From positions 1-47,991 of the forward strand of contig JBBDRO010000030.1 in assembly GCA_040905425.1 (NCBI GenBank): DNA of 47,991 nt, written 5' to 3'. The stretch's first letter is position 1. Every line of letters begins with the position of its first letter. The notes under the pieces are model-generated. The model worked only from the letters and a program-made list of their open reading frames with translations. It made no database searches and was not told the DNA's origin. Made by a program: the position numbers and the translations under genes. Source of the stretch: Gemmatimonadota bacterium. GTDB taxonomy: Bacteria; Gemmatimonadota; Gemmatimonadetes; Longimicrobiales; RSA9. Positions 47,805 to 47,991 of the stretch are shown here, in pieces.

Positions 47805-47991
47805 CCCATCGAGCTATCTGGACGTTCCAGCTGGAACGGGGGGCGGCGGGGGTGCGTGCAGCGGCGCCGGTGCGGCGAGGGCGCCGGTGCGGCGAGGGTG
47901 CCGGTGCGGCGGTGCCGTGTCCCATCCAGCTATTTCGACGTTCCAGCTGGAACGGGGGGCGGCGGGGGTGCGTGCAGCGGCGCCGGTGCGG
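47805..47991. repeat. 116-bp period direct repeat containing palindrome CGTTCCAGCTGGAACG (cut by window edge)
   Basis: Units start at 47805 and 47921; palindromes at 47823-47838 and 47939-47954; internal ~17-bp GGCGCCGGTGCGGCGAG sub-repeats. Confidence 0.85.

Noticed and set aside
47805..47991. CRISPR array
   Set aside because: Only two long units, the intervening DNA is itself repetitive rather than unique spacers, and no cas genes are seen

Overview
High-GC bacterial chromosomal window. The gene content (beta-propeller lipoproteins, pilin-like domain, DUF6265, BlaI/M56) suggests Gemmatimonadota, which is an inference. About 40 CDS; I recognised no rRNA, tRNA or CRISPR array. The centrepiece is a heme-copper oxidoreductase operon (13.2-17.5 kb) whose subunit I has H-S-S-Q-Q in place of the H-P-x-V-Y cross-link motif, i.e. 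an eNOR-type nitric oxide reductase rather than an O2 reductase. It comes with a CuA subunit II, an unannotated 58-aa subunit, SCO, ctaB and a nearby ctaA. Divergently transcribed from it is a Rieske-less cytochrome b / 2x[4Fe-4S] / MvhD-like fusion plus a small exported partner, a candidate undescribed electron-supply module. Other notable items: (1) a 305-bp duplication of the iorB 3' end enclosing two compositionally atypical beta-propeller genes, one ending in a pilin-like domain; (2) a perfect 34-bp palindrome in frame in the spacer region of a penicillin acylase; (3) a CBM48-type protein with a PAKKA histone-like tail; (4) several sigma54-type promoters; (5) a 5'-truncated DUF222/HNH gene beside a USP plus tandem antiporter block; (6) a BlaI/M56/gluzincin module with an operator; (7) a palindrome-containing 116-bp repeat at the right edge. 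All calls are from motif recognition by eye; no searches were run.
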